Shown here: positions 1-14,194 of the stretch, in pieces
Position numbering within the stretch: position 1 is the first letter of the stretch
Layout of the letters: each line of letters opens with the position of its first letter
Assembly (NCBI GenBank): GCA_017499595.2
Contig: CM039007.1
Location: 620,001-684,000, forward strand
Origin: Psilocybe cubensis
Lineage: Eukaryota
DNA length: 64,000 bases
Direction: 5' to 3'
Notes under the pieces: generated by a model
Told to the model about the DNA's origin: nothing
What the model saw: the letters and a program-made list of their open reading frames with translations, nothing else
Database searches by the model: none
Made by a program: the position numbers and the translations under genes

Positions 1-183
1 AGTTTGTCGAATCAACTTGTCCTCGCCTTGCATCACCACGATTGTGCTCATTGTTCAGAGGAAGAAAGCCTCGAATCATGAAAGATATCAATATAATGCC
101 CGAGTCAGCAGAAACGCGACATCTTTTGTCCTCCGCTTCGCTTTCATCCCTTCGTTCCCGTCGTCCGACTCGCTGTCGTCGCA

Positions 184-2050
184 ATGCACCATCCTGAACT
201 GCCCGTCTTCGCTTTCATCACTGCCTTCCTCGTCCTCACACCCCTCATCTGGCATTGGCGCTCTGGAAATGTCGCGGTCATCGCCATTTCCCTCTGGCTC
301 TTCGTCGTTGATATTATTTATGGCGTCAACACCATCGTGTGGGCAGGAAATGTGAACGACCCAATGCCTGTGTGGTGCGATATCAGTACGTCTCATTCTC
401 ATTTCCTTCTAATTCGGTTATACTAATACTTTACAGCGTCCAAGATTGTTGTGGGCGCTTCTTTCGCTCTTCCCCTGGCCACCGTTTGCATATGCAAACA
501 CCTGGAAATGGTCTCGTCGTCCCGAAAGGTCTCCTACGACATTGCAGACCGTAAAAGACGCATGATATTCGAAGGCATCATGTGTTTCGGTATCCCTTTA
601 CTCTTCATGGCTCTTCGTTAGTAACCTGGTTTTACAAAGGTTTACTCGACTGCTAACGTTTCGCATTTCCCAGACTATATTGTCCAAGGCCATCGCTACG
701 ACGTGTTTGAGGACTTTGGCTGCCAAGCTACGGTCTACATCTCCATCCCAGCCATCTTCATCATCTGGTTCCCGCCTCTACTGTTCTCTGTTATTACGCT
801 CATTTACGCCGCGCTCGCTCTCAACAACTTTATCCGCCGCCGCCTCACATTCGCAGCGCACCTGCAAAACTCGAACTCGGCACTCACAACGAACCGCTAC
901 CTCCGCCTCATCGCGATGTCCCTGACAGAGATGGCATGGGGAACCTCCCTCACCGCGTACAACCTCTGGAACAACGTATCGCCTGGACTGCGCCCATGGA
1001 CGACCTGGGCGGATGTGCACAGCAACTTCTCCCGCGTCGACCCGTTCCCGCTGTCGGAAGTCCCGCCTTGGTTCACCAAAACTATGATGCTCTTCTGGTG
1101 GACGATGCCGGCCTCTAGTATCATATTCTTTGTTTTCTTCGGCTTTGGAGAGGAGGCTCTCAAGGAATACAGAAGAATCTGGGGGTGGATCAGGAGGAAC
1201 GTGTTTAGGAGACCAGAGGTGGAGAAGACAAAGAAACCTTTCGGGATCTTGTCCCCTAATAGGTAACGGTTTTCCAACTCATGCTGCATCGTGTCGGAGC
1301 CTGACTTGGACCCTTTGCGCGCGTTGTAGCAGATCCCCTCGCCCATTGCACCTTCTGAAGCTCAGGTCTACATTGTCCACTTCGACTTCGTCGCCCCTTT
1401 CCCAGTCATTCAGCTCCCACCCACCGCACAGCGCCTTCTCCCACCTCTCCCAGTCAACCATCACACTTGCGCCGAGCCCGGGGCCCACGTCCTTCACCCA
1501 CAAATCCAAATTCGAGGAAGCGACCAAGGACACGGAGTACACCCCCGACGCCGCACCGCCCTACTACGCGTCATACCCACCCACGCGCACACATATCGCC
1601 GTGCCCATCGATCCACTAAGGGATACACGGTCAATAATGGAGCCGCGCGCGTCGCTGGTGTCCAGTGCCCCAGATGAAACCGACACGTTCACCATCTCCA
1701 CGTTCTCGTACTACGGCGCGCAGCCCGCCTCCCCTTCGTCGCCGACGTCGACGATTATGGTCCCTTCGTCTCCGGCGGTTGTGCCGCATAGTCTGCCGCC
1801 GCCGCCGAGGCGGTTCCCCAGACAGGCGCCGTCGTCGTCGAGTGTGCGGACGGCGGTCTCGAACGCGGCTCCGCGTGAAGAGGCTGATGAGGCGCAGTAC
1901 GACGCGTCCCCTCGGCCTTCGTCGCTGGTATTGTGCCCTCCGAGTCCTGATGGCCTCGATGAGCGTCAGGAAATAGGTACTTTGGGGGTCCCTGGTGGTT
2001 CAATCTTGGTGACTGTCCACCGACAAGCATCGCTTGACCGTGGAGCGTAA
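184..2050 (+). CDS. STE3: STE3-family pheromone receptor (7TM GPCR), 4 exons, long Ser/Pro-rich C-terminal tail
   Basis: Typical STE3 motifs: WHWRSGNVAV, NTIVWAGNVNDPMPVWCDI, HYIVQGHRYDVFEDFGC, SNSALTTNRYLRLIAM, WADVHSNFSRV, FFVFFGFGEEA. GT-AG introns at 386-436, 617-673 and 1263-1329 join the ORFs in frame. Confidence 0.95.
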
Positions 2051-2797
2051 CTTGTTTACCGGACATCGTGATGTTCGATCCTCTCCTGCCTTCACACTGC
2101 TTTCGTTCATATTCCACCGAAACATGATCATGATCATGTCTGCGTGCCTCTTGCGCTGCCCATGTCGTCCCCGGATATCATGTCGAGTAACTATGGCCCA
2201 CATGATCGCTCATCTCTCATCTCTCACTCTTTCTTCTTCCTCCCTCCCTTCGACCAAACTCAAGCGCTCCACCGCTAACGCTATATATCCCCTTGCCCAC
2301 GCCTTCCTTCAAATACGCCGACTACGAAAACCAACAACCTCAATTTTCCACGATGACTTTATACTTTCTTTATATCAACTCCGTTCTTCTACCGTGTATT
2401 TATATCCAGACCGCCTTTCAGAGTCATCTCATGTATCATCATCACATCTGGTCTTGCCTTTATTAACCCTATACAACGCCCTCGGGCCTCACTCACATCA
2501 ACGAGTGGCCCTATAAAAATAAACGGACTAGCGAGCCTAGTCACCAAATACCAACGAAAATCCGTTCAACGCTCTTACGTCCCTCTATCTGTGCTGTGTG
2601 TCTTTTTTTTTCTTGCTATTTTATCATATTGCTATCGTTACATCTTACTATTATATTGGTTTTCCATCTCTAAAATATCTTTGTAGACTATAGCTTCTAG
2701 TTAGGCTGTGTATTTAGGACGCTGTGTCGTCCTACAAAATAAAAACTATTGCGTTCCGAATGACCGAATGTCAACAATATTTTGAGTGTCGCTGAGG

Positions 2798-4007
2798 CTA
2801 ATTGGTTTGGGTCCTGGACGCGCCACCACGTCGGTAGATTTGGTACAATGGTAAGTGTTCAAAGCTGACCCTGATGTTGCGAACCCTGCAGTCGTTCTCT
2901 GCGTCTTCCGCTGGCACTAACGGGTCAGAGGGCGATATGATGCTGCGCCGAAACTTGTATCTTGTTAACACGATGGTCCGCAGGGTACCCGACAATTTGT
3001 TAAAAGTTGCAGCAGCCCTCAAGTTAGCAGATCGTCAAGGAAGTCTTCCATCTCTTCCAGCTGTGTCTTCGGTTTTGCACCCTCCGGTAGCGGCAACGCA
3101 GGTGCTTCTTGTAGTTCTGGAGATATTCGTGATTTTAGAATAAAAATCATACATAAATCGGCATGCGATGGACATACCCTGTTTTCGCGTTCGAGCAGAG
3201 GTTGCTGCAGGAGCGATAGGCTTGCTGCGTAATTTCTCTGATTTGGCTCTAAATCGATTTTTCAACTCTACAGGGCAAAGAAAAAAAAACGAAATAGAGA
3301 TCGTCAGCGTTGTATGTTCACGATAATGGCCAATGATAGATATCCAAAGAATACGCACCCCAATTCGCCTCCGCTGCGTTCTTCTCGCGCGTCATCTCAT
3401 CCAGCTCGTCGTCCCAGACTATTTGCTCCACTTTCCCTTTCTTCGACGGTGCAGCAACAGCCCTTCGTGCGGGGTGAGATGATATATGAGCTAGCGACGT
3501 ATCAACGTCGTCTTCATCATAGTCTTTCTTCTCCGCGACCTTTAGAATGACACTGGGCTCTTCTGATATCCGCTGTCGTTCGAGGAAGGAAGACAGATCG
3601 ACCTCCGGTTCCAAAATCGGTTCTCCTACAAAAAAAAAAAAGCAAAACCAATCACACCAATTAGCACATCCCAACGCTAGCGCTCATCACCACCACCCCG
3701 ACGCACCATCCGAATCCAACTCGACTTCCTCCTCCTTGTACCTATCCGCGTTGGACCCGAGCTGGCGCCGGCTGAACTTGGCCGCCGTCTCCCTCGCGAG
3801 CTCCGCAGCCTCTTCCTCCGTCAGATCCGCACCGCCTCCGCCCTCGCCCTCGAGCAAAAGCCGCGTGCCAAATTCCGCGGGACGACCGCCCCCCCGCCCG
3901 CGTCCGCGAGCGCGCAGGTATTTGCCGAGCCCACCGCGCGATTTGCCCCGGCCCCGGCCTCGTCCTCTGCTTGAGGGCCCTGTAGGTGCGTCTGTGGGTT
4001 CCGACAT
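2798..4007 (-). CDS. Hypothetical protein with N-terminal RG-rich segment and acidic patches (multi-exon)
   Basis: ORFs 3687-4007 (RGRGRGRGKSRGGLGKYLRARGRG...KFSRRQLGSNADRY) and 3318-3674 (EPEVDLSSFLERQR...KKGKVEQIVWDDELD), plus downstream exons, separated by GT-AG introns. The 3' end is approximate. Confidence 0.7.
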
Positions 4008-4558
4008 TTGTGTTCTTGGTAGTTCTGTGTTCTGTCCGCCGATTGGTGGACACCTGGTATATCGGGTTCGGAAAGCCTGAGATCGAGTGTGATCGATGAG
4101 ATGAGGGCCTGCAGGTATCTCAGTCGCGCAGGGTAGAGAGAAGGTTCACTGGTTATCGAGGCCTTTCGGTCGGAGGAATGTTGCGTTACAAGTGATAAGC
4201 GCAATGGTACAGGGAAGAAACAGGGAAGCAAAAATACAATCTGCTGTTAATGAGCATTAGCTTAGTCAGCCTGATCAAGAAATAGGGGGTCGGGGCATGA
4301 GATTGAGGATTGAGAGCTGAATCTTCTTGAAAGCTATATATCCAGTAGCCCTGTTCCGTATGATACAGAGTTACCGTGAGATTTCATGGTACCAGAAGAT
4401 TGTGTCTGGTGAGGCGACCGATGAGTGAACCATGGCGGTGTTTCTATCCAGATAGATTCAGTCAATGGCTACGGGTTATATACAAAAGTCTGTAGGAATA
4501 ATGAATCACGAAAGTCATTAAACGCAGTAGTAAACTAGCTTGAGGTCGATAGAGGAGC

Positions 4559-6677
4559 TCATAGTGTATAGCGGAAGTCGGGATGACGGTCGCCGAGGTC
4601 TACCCACGCGCGGACACCACCATCAGGTTCACTTTCTGTGGCATAAGGAGCCAGGACCTCCTTCCTAGTACGCTCCTTGTTTTTGTTCTTGTACGCCAGA
4701 ATAGACGCATTCGCGATAGCCAAGACAATCGTCATTATCATGCTAGATGTATACAGTCAGTACATAGGCACTAGAAAAAGCACGAGAACGACGCACAAAA
4801 TAAGGTTCATTACAGTTGTTTTATGGAATCGAGGGCCTTCGCTGGTTGGGTATCTCCAGGTACTCAGAATTCCTCCCTATTATACTTTCAGCTTCTGAAG
4901 GCAACGACGGAGCTCCTGAACGTACCATGCTGGTGGCCATGAAGCCAACGGCGATACTGGTCGCCCTTGTATAGTATGGTTCTGAGTTGTTGGATATCCA
5001 GGCAGCGATGACAGGTACAGTTCCGTATATCCCACTAGCCATGAGATATATGGCTCCATATGCAGCATGCTTGTTGGTGGTTCCTTTTTGACTGTTAGTG
5101 TGAGACGTAGAAAGGCTGCAGACCGTACCCACCTAGGTACATAGCGTAACCAGCAATTCCAATAAGACAAACCGAGCATAATGGAATAGCTCGACTCTTC
5201 AGGCGATCAGACGTATACGCGACAACGAGCGTCACTGGACTATTGATTAGCTTAACGCAGATATCATGCTAATACCCCGGGCTTACCAACAAAAGCACAA
5301 GCAAAAGGACCAACACTCAGAAGCTGAGAGTGGTTCGGGCTGAAGCCCAACTGGTTGATGATGGACGGCGCGAAGAGTGCAAGACCGAAGAGGTTCGTTC
5401 CACCCATAAAGAAAGTGATGAACATCAGAATGACATGAGGAGACTTCAACGAGCTCAAAACATGTCTGATGCGGAATTCGTCGAGTGGGTTGACAAACGG
5501 TCTATCTTTCTCCAAGCGGCGCATGACAAGGCTTCAAGACAGCGAGGTAAGCTCAATGTGCCATAGGCTTGGCTTAGAAAAAGGCACTTACTCTTTTTGA
5601 TTATCAGACAGGAATCGCGACTCTCTGGGTGTCGCTGGAACCATAAAGAATCCAAGAACACCCATTAGCACGCTAAAGATACCTTCCTGTCAAATAGGGC
5701 ACTAGATCAGCAAGATAATCATCTAAGAGTCGGTATCCTCATACCAGGATAAAAATCCATGCCCATGCAGGCTTTCCTCCAAGGCCTTGCATGTTGTCGA
5801 TGGCGGCTGCAAGAAGCCCAGAGAATGCACTGGAAAGCTACTTTGATAGTTAGTCAGGCCTTTTACAGTAAACAATAACACGGGTGCCCACAGATGCAGC
5901 GGAGAAGAAGAATGCAATGCTGTCAAAAGAATACTTTGAACACCCCGAGGAATAATTTTTTTTTGTCAAACTCACCGATACGATAGTTCGGCACGGGTAT
6001 AGAATCCAGAAAGGTAAAGCACAATGCCAGGGAACATCGGTCCTTCCACAAGCCCCAAAAAGAATCGTGCAACGATGAGATCGTGGAATGACGATACGAA
6101 GCCTTGGAAAATAACGATGATGCCCCAAAGAGTTAGAATAACTGGCATCGCAATGTTGGGTCCGATTTTGCGCAATAGAAGGTTAGCTGGTACTTCGGCC
6201 ATAATGTAGGGCCTGTTTGAAGCATTGAATCATGGTAGTGACATCACGTATGAAGGGAGAAAACGCGTACACGTAAGTGACCGTTACGCAAATTTGGTAT
6301 TGTCGGTCAGTCATTTTGAGACCTTTTTGAAGACCCGCAACTCTTGCATTTCCTGAAATAATGGCACATGAACATCTGGGTACCTCCAAGGCCCCTAGCA
6401 GCACATACCGATATTAGCACGATCCTAAACTGAATTTAGCACATAGTAATTGCCAAAAATAATTGCGACCCACCAGGAATGACAGTAGGTAGAACATGGT
6501 CATCATAGGAAGGATAGTCCAATCCAATTTCCTCACTGCGCTTCGGATCTTTGCATGATCGACCTCATTGAAGCTGTCCTTCTCCAAGTCGGATTTGTGA
6601 ACAGAGGACGAGGCGGGGCTGCTCGGTTTAGGCTCGGTATTCGGGTTGGTGGTCATTGTATACGTCGATGACAGCAT
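4559..6677 (-). CDS. Major facilitator superfamily transporter (allantoate/nicotinate permease-like, multi-exon)
   Basis: RKLDWTILPMMTMFYLLSFL, NIGNARVAGLQ, EVPANLLLRKIGP, ARFFLGLVEGPMFPGIVLYLSGFYTRAEL and C-terminal LGDRHPDFRYTL are hallmark motifs. Confidence 0.92.
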
Positions 6678-8442
6678 GCGCAGAGCAATGACTCTAAGCG
6701 ATCTGTGTTGCGGGTGGCGCTACCAAGCTCAAAGATCCTTTCTTCGTAAACGAACATGCCTATTAAATAGTAACTCGATTAGATCTGCAGGTGGCAAATC
6801 AGTATATTACACTGATTTTCCGCGCGTATTTGAATTGACAGCACCCACATTTAGATCCTAAAAAGACACTCAGCGGATACCCGGTTTGACAATGCTATTT
6901 TTTGCGCACCTTCGACCTCGAATTGGAAACGCAGCTCAGCAAGTAACTGCATATGCGCTACATATAGGGCTTCTGACAAGAATGTGTAGCTGCAAGAAAA
7001 CACACTGTGAGAAGGCCGACCCAGTCGCCGAAGGAAAAAGAACACTGCGCCCTAAAGCAAATTGTACAACAATGATGTAAGCCTTGAGGACAGAGCGTTG
7101 AAACGTATCAAATTTTAACAACGTAACTCGCGTCTGAATGTTGTGGGGCTTATGTTCTGGACAAATGGGCTGGTAAGTTGAAAGGGTCGCATATAGCAGT
7201 TAAAAATGGTTTAAAGCTGGTACCTTGTTATAAATTTATTCGAACTCCCTAATATAAGCAACGCTTCCTGACAAGTTACATCACACTAGATAGAACGCCT
7301 GCCCTGCACCTGACTGCCCATAATCGAGAAGGTAGTTTAATTATGCACCGTTGTAGTACAGAAGTGACATTTGCAGGTAATGATAGTCGATTGTCAGACC
7401 ATGTAAACGAGTCGAGGAGATATTGAACCATGGCTAATGTGAAGAATATTCCTAGAAAAAGGTACCTGCGAATGATCAAACAGTCAAAATACGTCATTTA
7501 CCAAACAACAAAATTGCAGCTTACTCGCAACTTGATTGTAAGTATTAGCTTGGGACATCCGGTTACTGTGCCACAACATCGCGTGTTTGAATATCCAAAT
7601 CGCTTGATCTATCGAGTTGTCTTCTGCATTCATCAGTTCATTGACGCTGATGACTTTATGGGCCAATGCCTTGAGTGTAGCCTACGGCAAGTGATTAATG
7701 AATGTTCCCAGAAACCGGATGAACCACGTTACCGAGAATGCATGATTTGCAAATGATAGGGTGGCCTTGGGTTCTTCGATGGAAAGCGATTGACCGAAAG
7801 GAAAACATAACACAAAAATGTAGAATGTAGGAGGTTGATGAGGCGACCTGTCTCTGAAAGTGAATGATTTGTATGTTGCTACACGTTGAGCGACATCGCG
7901 TTGACTTGAATAGCTTGTCCAGGAAGACGAATTCACCTAGAACCTTGTAGAGCAAAGCTTCAAATCTGTCAGTAAATGTTCAAGTGGTAAGTATAGGGAG
8001 TAGCGCCGACGAGGCCGTAAAACTGGTACTCTTGATGGTCGTAATCGCTCTAAAAATGTAATTATCAAAATAGAAATGGGCTTGGCTGCAAATCTCTATT
8101 TACAGCGAGAGATAAAGTGGCGTTAGCAGATTGTTACCTGCTATCAACGTTTTCAGAGATGAATGTATGGGAGGAACAGGATAAACATACTTTTTGCTAT
8201 ATTCCCTATCATGCATTTAATTAGAAATATAACAGGAGGCGAGAACCACGCCGGCCATGTGCAGAACGTTGAAAGGAAAGAAAAGAACATACTCTTCCAC
8301 ACAATTGTGCACGGAAAGACGAAATGATTTGAGCTGGCTGACCATAAATGAGGGCTGTGCGTGAATATCATCCTGGGGCCACTCTCCCAACTGCCGCAGA
8401 GATATTTCGTGTAAAATGGCATGATATTAGGCGATCCATACA

Positions 8443-9369
8443 TCAATCAGAATAGTAAACTTCAACCTCGACCTGTCTCACATAGTTCGCCCATGCTGCA
8501 AACTAAAATAATATTGGTCAGATTCGGCTGAAAACAAAACAAGTTACTTCACCTTTGCCTTCGCGATTACAACAATCCTATCACTGGGCTGCAAACATCG
8601 AACGTATCCCATGCCTCTCCCAGCACCAGTCGAATCAATGAACTTCATCTCGTCCTCCTCTGCATAGTCGGGGACCTCATCAGACCACACAATTTGATGT
8701 ATTGCATCTTCGCGGGAGGCACGTATGTTCCGTTGTAGATGCCAAGTGCTCGAATCTGTTTGACTAGGATTCGCGACCAAAGCAATCTTCATACCGTCTC
8801 CAACTGTGTCGTCCATTGCATCCATGAAGTCCCGGACGCGCGTAAGAATCAGACCTTCTTCTGTGCCAGGTTGTTCGCCAACTGAAGTCTTCTCGACTTC
8901 ACGGATAATGCCCGCTTCAAACCATGTCCAGGACCCGAGATATTTGCCTGCGTAGATAACACTCATTAGCGCTGCAATCTACTAAAGGATGACTTTGTGA
9001 CGTACTGGGGAAGTTGTTCTCGCTGCAGAACCCTTGGTCGTGACTGATGGTCCTAAACACGACTTTCTTGATTCTCACAAACTTTGTCGTCCCTATCAGC
9101 TCGGATAGTTTTGGAGTGACCAAAGAGCACTCGGGACCCCCGGTTTCAAAGACGCATGTCGGAACGTCGTCTGGTGGTCTCACACCAAAGTGGACTTTGG
9201 GCCAGTACTGGGCCTCATCGATGATGACGTTGGCCAACTCCACGGGAACCCAGAGCGTAAGGTAACCGCGTACAACGTCGACGTCGTCCGGTGTTGGTGT
9301 ATAGTGGTGACCTTGCGCGGATTGTCCATCTTCATCCGAATCGGCCAATGTCGACATTAAGCTACCCAT
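8443..9369 (-). CDS. Fungal hypothetical protein (SHDQG / SWTWFEA / WHLQRN motif family)
   Basis: ORFs 8917-9369 and 8544-8966 joined by an intron, plus a last exon AWANYVRQVEVEVYYSD*. The motif pattern recalls a recurrent fungal family of unknown function. Confidence 0.7.
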
Positions 9370-11516
9370 CCTATGTGCAACCCCTGGGTTGTGTGTTGAT
9401 TGTCGGAAAAAGAGATGATATCAATGGGGTATACACTCCAAAGAAGTTGAAATGGAAAATCCCATGTGTTGTTTAAGCTGCAATGCACACTCTCGGATGC
9501 ATTGAATGTTGGTGATGGTTGTTGGTGTGACTTGTCCATGCTTTGCCTGCCCAAGCTGGGCCGTGATCATGTTGTCGGTGCTTCCGGGATGTGCCGTATG
9601 CAAAGTAAAGTGTTCCGACAACCAACAAGTGGCTTTCTTTCCTCGACCATCATCCATACTCCCGCACGCATTCTTCTCAGCGCTTCTGGAAATAACAGAA
9701 GTATAAATCTACTCTGGCGACATGGAGCGCGATGACCGTCCCCTGGACCGCGGGAGGTAATCATGCTTCCGTCGGACGCCTGAAGGCCTCCCATCCACTT
9801 TCTCCTGGTGTACCTTCTCGGAGACACGACCACTGTGGACTCTCATCAAGGCGTTATCGATTCCCAAAGTCGTGTCAGAAACTGAAATGCCAACTCTGTT
9901 TCTCCCCAACGCCTTGTCCTCTACATGTCTCCTCACTTGGTACTCGGTCTTGAGGGATTTTTCACATCGAAGATTGACGCCCTGGCGGTCCTCCATGATT
10001 TTACAACGCGAACTTGTCCTCAGTACGGATAAATTCTCTTGAAATCGATGTTCATTCAAGCTTCGTATCTGGAATATGGAAATCCTTCGAATTTGGAAAG
10101 GACCTTTATATCTAAAGCGACTCACTAAATCAGATAAGCGTCAAATCGTTGGTCGTGTTCTCTTTCCTCTGAGCACTCGTTGCGGTCGTACTGCCTGCAT
10201 ACATCAGGAACGCAAATAGGGGTCCCTTATATGAAAGTTTTGGGGATCGGTCTCATCGCCGGCTGAACTACGCTACCTTTGAGTTGCGTCCTACGGTCAT
10301 TCTTTGGAAGATGATCTTGAAGTAAATTTTTGATTGAAAGACTTACTCTCCGACACTCTCATTGTTATGGTTTAAGACCAACAAAACTTCCTTCGCCTAT
10401 TCGTGGTCAACCAGCTTGAAAACCAATGGTTCAGTTCTATCCAAATGAAACTTCTCTATGTTGGTGGTGACGTCTCGGTTAACCCATCCATTGTCAAGGT
10501 TTAAATGCTGTAAACCCGAATCAGCACTCTGGGTGGTTAAATTGCCACTTCAACAGTCGTACCGTGTACGAATGATGGACTGTGAGAGAGAGGGCTATCA
10601 ACTCCTACCAGTGTCGCAAACTGTCGTTTGTTGCGCAGGTATCCTTGTGCACTGGCCGATATTTCCTCAACTGCGAAATGGAAGCGTCCATTCAATATCA
10701 GGTTGGGCAGCCCAATCGTGTGTGGATGTTCTGTCTTTAATGCGAGTCACCATTTCTTGCCATGATCAACACAATCAATACCGACCTTATCTGCTTTCTT
10801 CATCGAAGCTCTGCTGTATTCCGGTCTTTGAGATTCCACAAATTCCAAACAAAGCCTAACTAACCCAGCATCGTTACTATCTCTTCAGTAAAGTAGATGA
10901 AAAACAAAAAACCCGCACATGTGGCATTTCGAAATGGCTTCCTTGGTGTGGCCAGGGGTTGAGTGGCCTGTGCCATTGTCGTGTTACAACACACCTAGTG
11001 ACGCGTTTCCTCTTCATTGTTCATCGCAGGCCAGTCCCAAGAGACCCGCAACATCGTGTCGTGTCATTTCATGACGATTTTCTGGTCGCTTCCTTTGGCC
11101 TTTTCCCCTGGGATAAGTCGTACGTATCGTGGTCTATCTAGGAGAGATTAGGAATAAGTAGGAATCTCTGTGGAATGCACGAGAAGTTTATTGCTGAAAT
11201 GAACCGTATCGGTGGCATCTGACGAGAAGAGTAGGGTATGAGGAAATCACACACAGAATACCAACTTCATTTCTTTAAAACATGAGAGGCACCAAGGCGA
11301 TGTCAACACTCTTATATGGCATATTGATTGAGAGACGTACACAATGATCCCGGAATTGGGAAGTTCAATGGCGCCATAATACAATACAATGATGCAAGAG
11401 AAAGCCGACTCGGTGTCTTGATAAAATAATTAAAAGAAAGGACATAGATTCGATGTTGGAGTCCTGATTTAAAAGAACTGTGTCAACAAACAGTTCAATT
11501 TTTGTGGTTGGAAAAA

Positions 11517-11595
11517 TTCGGGTACGGGGAATCGAACCCCGAGCTGCCGCGATCTGTATGAGAGGCGGCAATGTTAGCCGTTACACCATACCCGA
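11517..11595 (-). tRNA. tRNA-Glu(CTC) with a 7-nt anticodon-loop intron
   Basis: Reverse complement TCGGGTA-TGGTGTAACGGCTAACAT-T-GCCGC-CTCTCA-[TACAGAT]-C-GCGGC-AGCT-CGGGG-TTCGATT-CCCCG-TACCCGA-A folds as a cloverleaf. It is followed by a TTTTT Pol III terminator (11512-11516). Confidence 0.93.
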
Positions 11596-11818
11596 CATAA
11601 TTTGTCTGCTAAAACATATAATTACATGGTCAAGGACTTGGCAATGAAAGTGGTTAAGTGATCGGAGTCGTGGGAATTGGAAATATTTCATATCGAAGTC
11701 CGAGTCAGACTGTCTTTCGTCTCTGTTTTACTCCATTTTCGCCTATAAAATTTCCTCTTTCATTATCGTCCAATGTTTTTCGAACCTCATCCTCTTGAGC
11801 GCATGCTTATGCCAGAAC

Positions 11819-13180
11819 ATGAGCACTATCAAAATTGAAAACGCTTCATCCCCGTTACCTTTAAAATTTTGAGGAAGACGTCAAACCGGTGTTGAAACGC
11901 GAATATGAGTTGAACTCGAACTCAATTGAGCAAGTGAAGGAAGAGTGTAAGTTGGTGAGTAATCCTCTATAACGAAGAAGCACAACCAAACTGTGATCTT
12001 GATAGGTATGCGAAAACGGCGAAGTAAAGGGTGATTACTCTACCAATACGACTACAATCACCAGAGTCAGCGATACTTCATCCGGTCAATGGTCCGCTCA
12101 GAGTACCCTGAACAAAAAGCCCAGGCTAGTCAAGAAATAGGATGCGGTACAATCGTCCAATCATGCCGAGAAAATGTCCTTGGATCGTTCTCGTGCGCGC
12201 TGTGATGATAGACAATTCCCAGCTATCCAAAGAGTTACGTGTACTGCGCAGAAGGTGAGCACCCGTCTTACCTATTCATGAATTAGGCTGATTTCATTCT
12301 GTCTAGATCAGCAAAACGAAAGTGGAGAAATGTTATATGTTGAAGGAGAAAGATTTGATCGGCCTTGAAAGAGAAACAAGGTATGTATCTGTGTACATAC
12401 TCTATTTTCCTTGTTTGACACAGAAGTGTAAGGTTTTGGCAGCCACCAGACATTCCGCCAAATGTTTGGGCACCTATTTATTTTTATCGGGAGTACGAAA
12501 TTGAACGTGTGGCTTGGAAAAAGTTTGGGGGTTAGCACGGATTTCTCAAAGCGTGAGCTGAAAGACCTTTCTGGTTCAATCTCATCCTGATCATATCATA
12601 TCATAGTCTGTACAGGCGTGCTCGTAGAAAAAGGTCCCCCAGAGAAAAGAGATTGATCCCATTTCCACTGGCTTACTGTGAGCCATTCTTGCGTCTGTGG
12701 TGACAACGAATGGGATCAACACCCCTTTACGTTGATTTCGTTAAGACAGCAGTCGGGGATGGCTTTGGGCTGTATGAGTATGAAATACCCCAAGGCCATT
12801 TCACTACCAATGCTTATCGGTTCAAAACTTGGCCGTAGTCTCACATTATTGTTGGTAAGTATGCATCTTGATGTGCTGTGTTGACTGACAAACACAACTC
12901 CTATACAGTATACGTGAATGTAATATTACCGCATTGGAGTTTATGCATCAATATCATCTGTTTTTGACCTTTTTAACTGATTTGCTAGAAGCACGGAATG
13001 TGCTGGTACGGCACGCTTCAGCAATCGGATGCACAAAGGCGCACAAACTCGTAAACCTAGGATGCTGTATCAATCTCCCTACAAGTCTGTTTTTCTCGGA
13101 AAGTTGCATCGATTTACATGTCAACGCAAGTGTTCGGGTCCGAAACTTGCTGTGCACATGGCTACTTCAATTGCGCTAAT
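11819..13180 (+). pseudogene. Degenerate multi-exon gene of unknown family
   Basis: The start reads MSTIKIENASSPLPLKF, continued only by a frameshift (FEEDVKPVLKREYEL). Several GT-AG intron-like segments follow, with no long ORF. Confidence 0.3.
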
Positions 13181-14194
13181 ATAGCAAAATATAATCAAAA
13201 TATGTTAACTTATTCTCACCCTCATGGCAAGCTAATCGTACCTTTCTGGTGAGTCGGAATTATACTCGGTCTAACTTGCTGAAGCATCTTTGACCAGCTA
13301 CGTTACCATCCTTACGTTAACCATTTCTTTGGTATTTCATCATAGGTATGATGGGAGAGTAGCCGCTTTCAACGGACGCGGTAAGTGGCGACGCGGTCAT
13401 CATGGTACCAGGCTACCAGCCGCGGATGTCGTAAAAAACATCCTTGGGCATCGAGCTGGCTCGGATTGAGCTTGGACGGGGGTGAGCTTCAATTGACACT
13501 TGTGCTCCGAGTTCTGATATTGTTTATATAGACAGCACCAGCTGAAGCTGAATACCCCAGGTTTTTTCCTATGTGTTGCGATAGATTTTTTCTTGAAGAA
13601 GCTAGGGGTCAAGCGCTGCCTTCTATGCATTACAAATGGTCATACCATGTACGTTGTTGAAACTTGATGTGTGATTCAACGGTGGCTATTCAACCGAGGA
13701 AGCTCCCGTTCGACCTAATTAAATGGAACTTCTAACTTATTTCTGCATGGTGCGGGTGACTTTACTAATCTTTCGGAGTGCTCTCTGTTCAAATGCTCTG
13801 TCGACTGTTATATTCCGTTTTTTCGACTCTTCCATTTCCCCCGCGACTGATGGCGTCAATAGATGATTAACGAATAGTTCACTACTGCGTATCAACTTAT
13901 ACGCAAGTGTAATCGAACCGCGCTACCTTTGGTTACACACTCATCGTACGTCAAACTTAGTGTCCAAGGGGTTATTCCAAATGTGACTTGATTTATACGG
14001 CATATCAAATGAACCTGTATTATTGACCCTCGCTATTTGTTTTGTCAAACAACGTTTCTTTTTTGAAGCAAAGATCCTTTTCTTGACGCCATATCCTTAG
14101 CTCAAAGGTGCGCAGCATTTTATGACTCCGATCTAAAGGCTCAATCATCTTATAAAAGAAGACTCCAAATCCACGTTCATACTACTCAGAAAGA

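Noticed and set aside
3547-4080. 177-aa plus-strand ORF
   Set aside because: Antisense shadow of the RG-rich minus-strand gene.
7276-8440. Possible degenerate multi-exon gene on the minus strand (helical/TPR-like fragments)
   Set aside because: In-frame stops and no diagnostic motif; no family can be assigned.
9291-9476. Short ORF ending ...IPCVV* as a lipopeptide pheromone near STE3
   Set aside because: Only two residues follow the Cys (not CaaX), the start is non-ATG, there is no ER/DR processing motif, and it overlaps another gene's start on the opposite strand.
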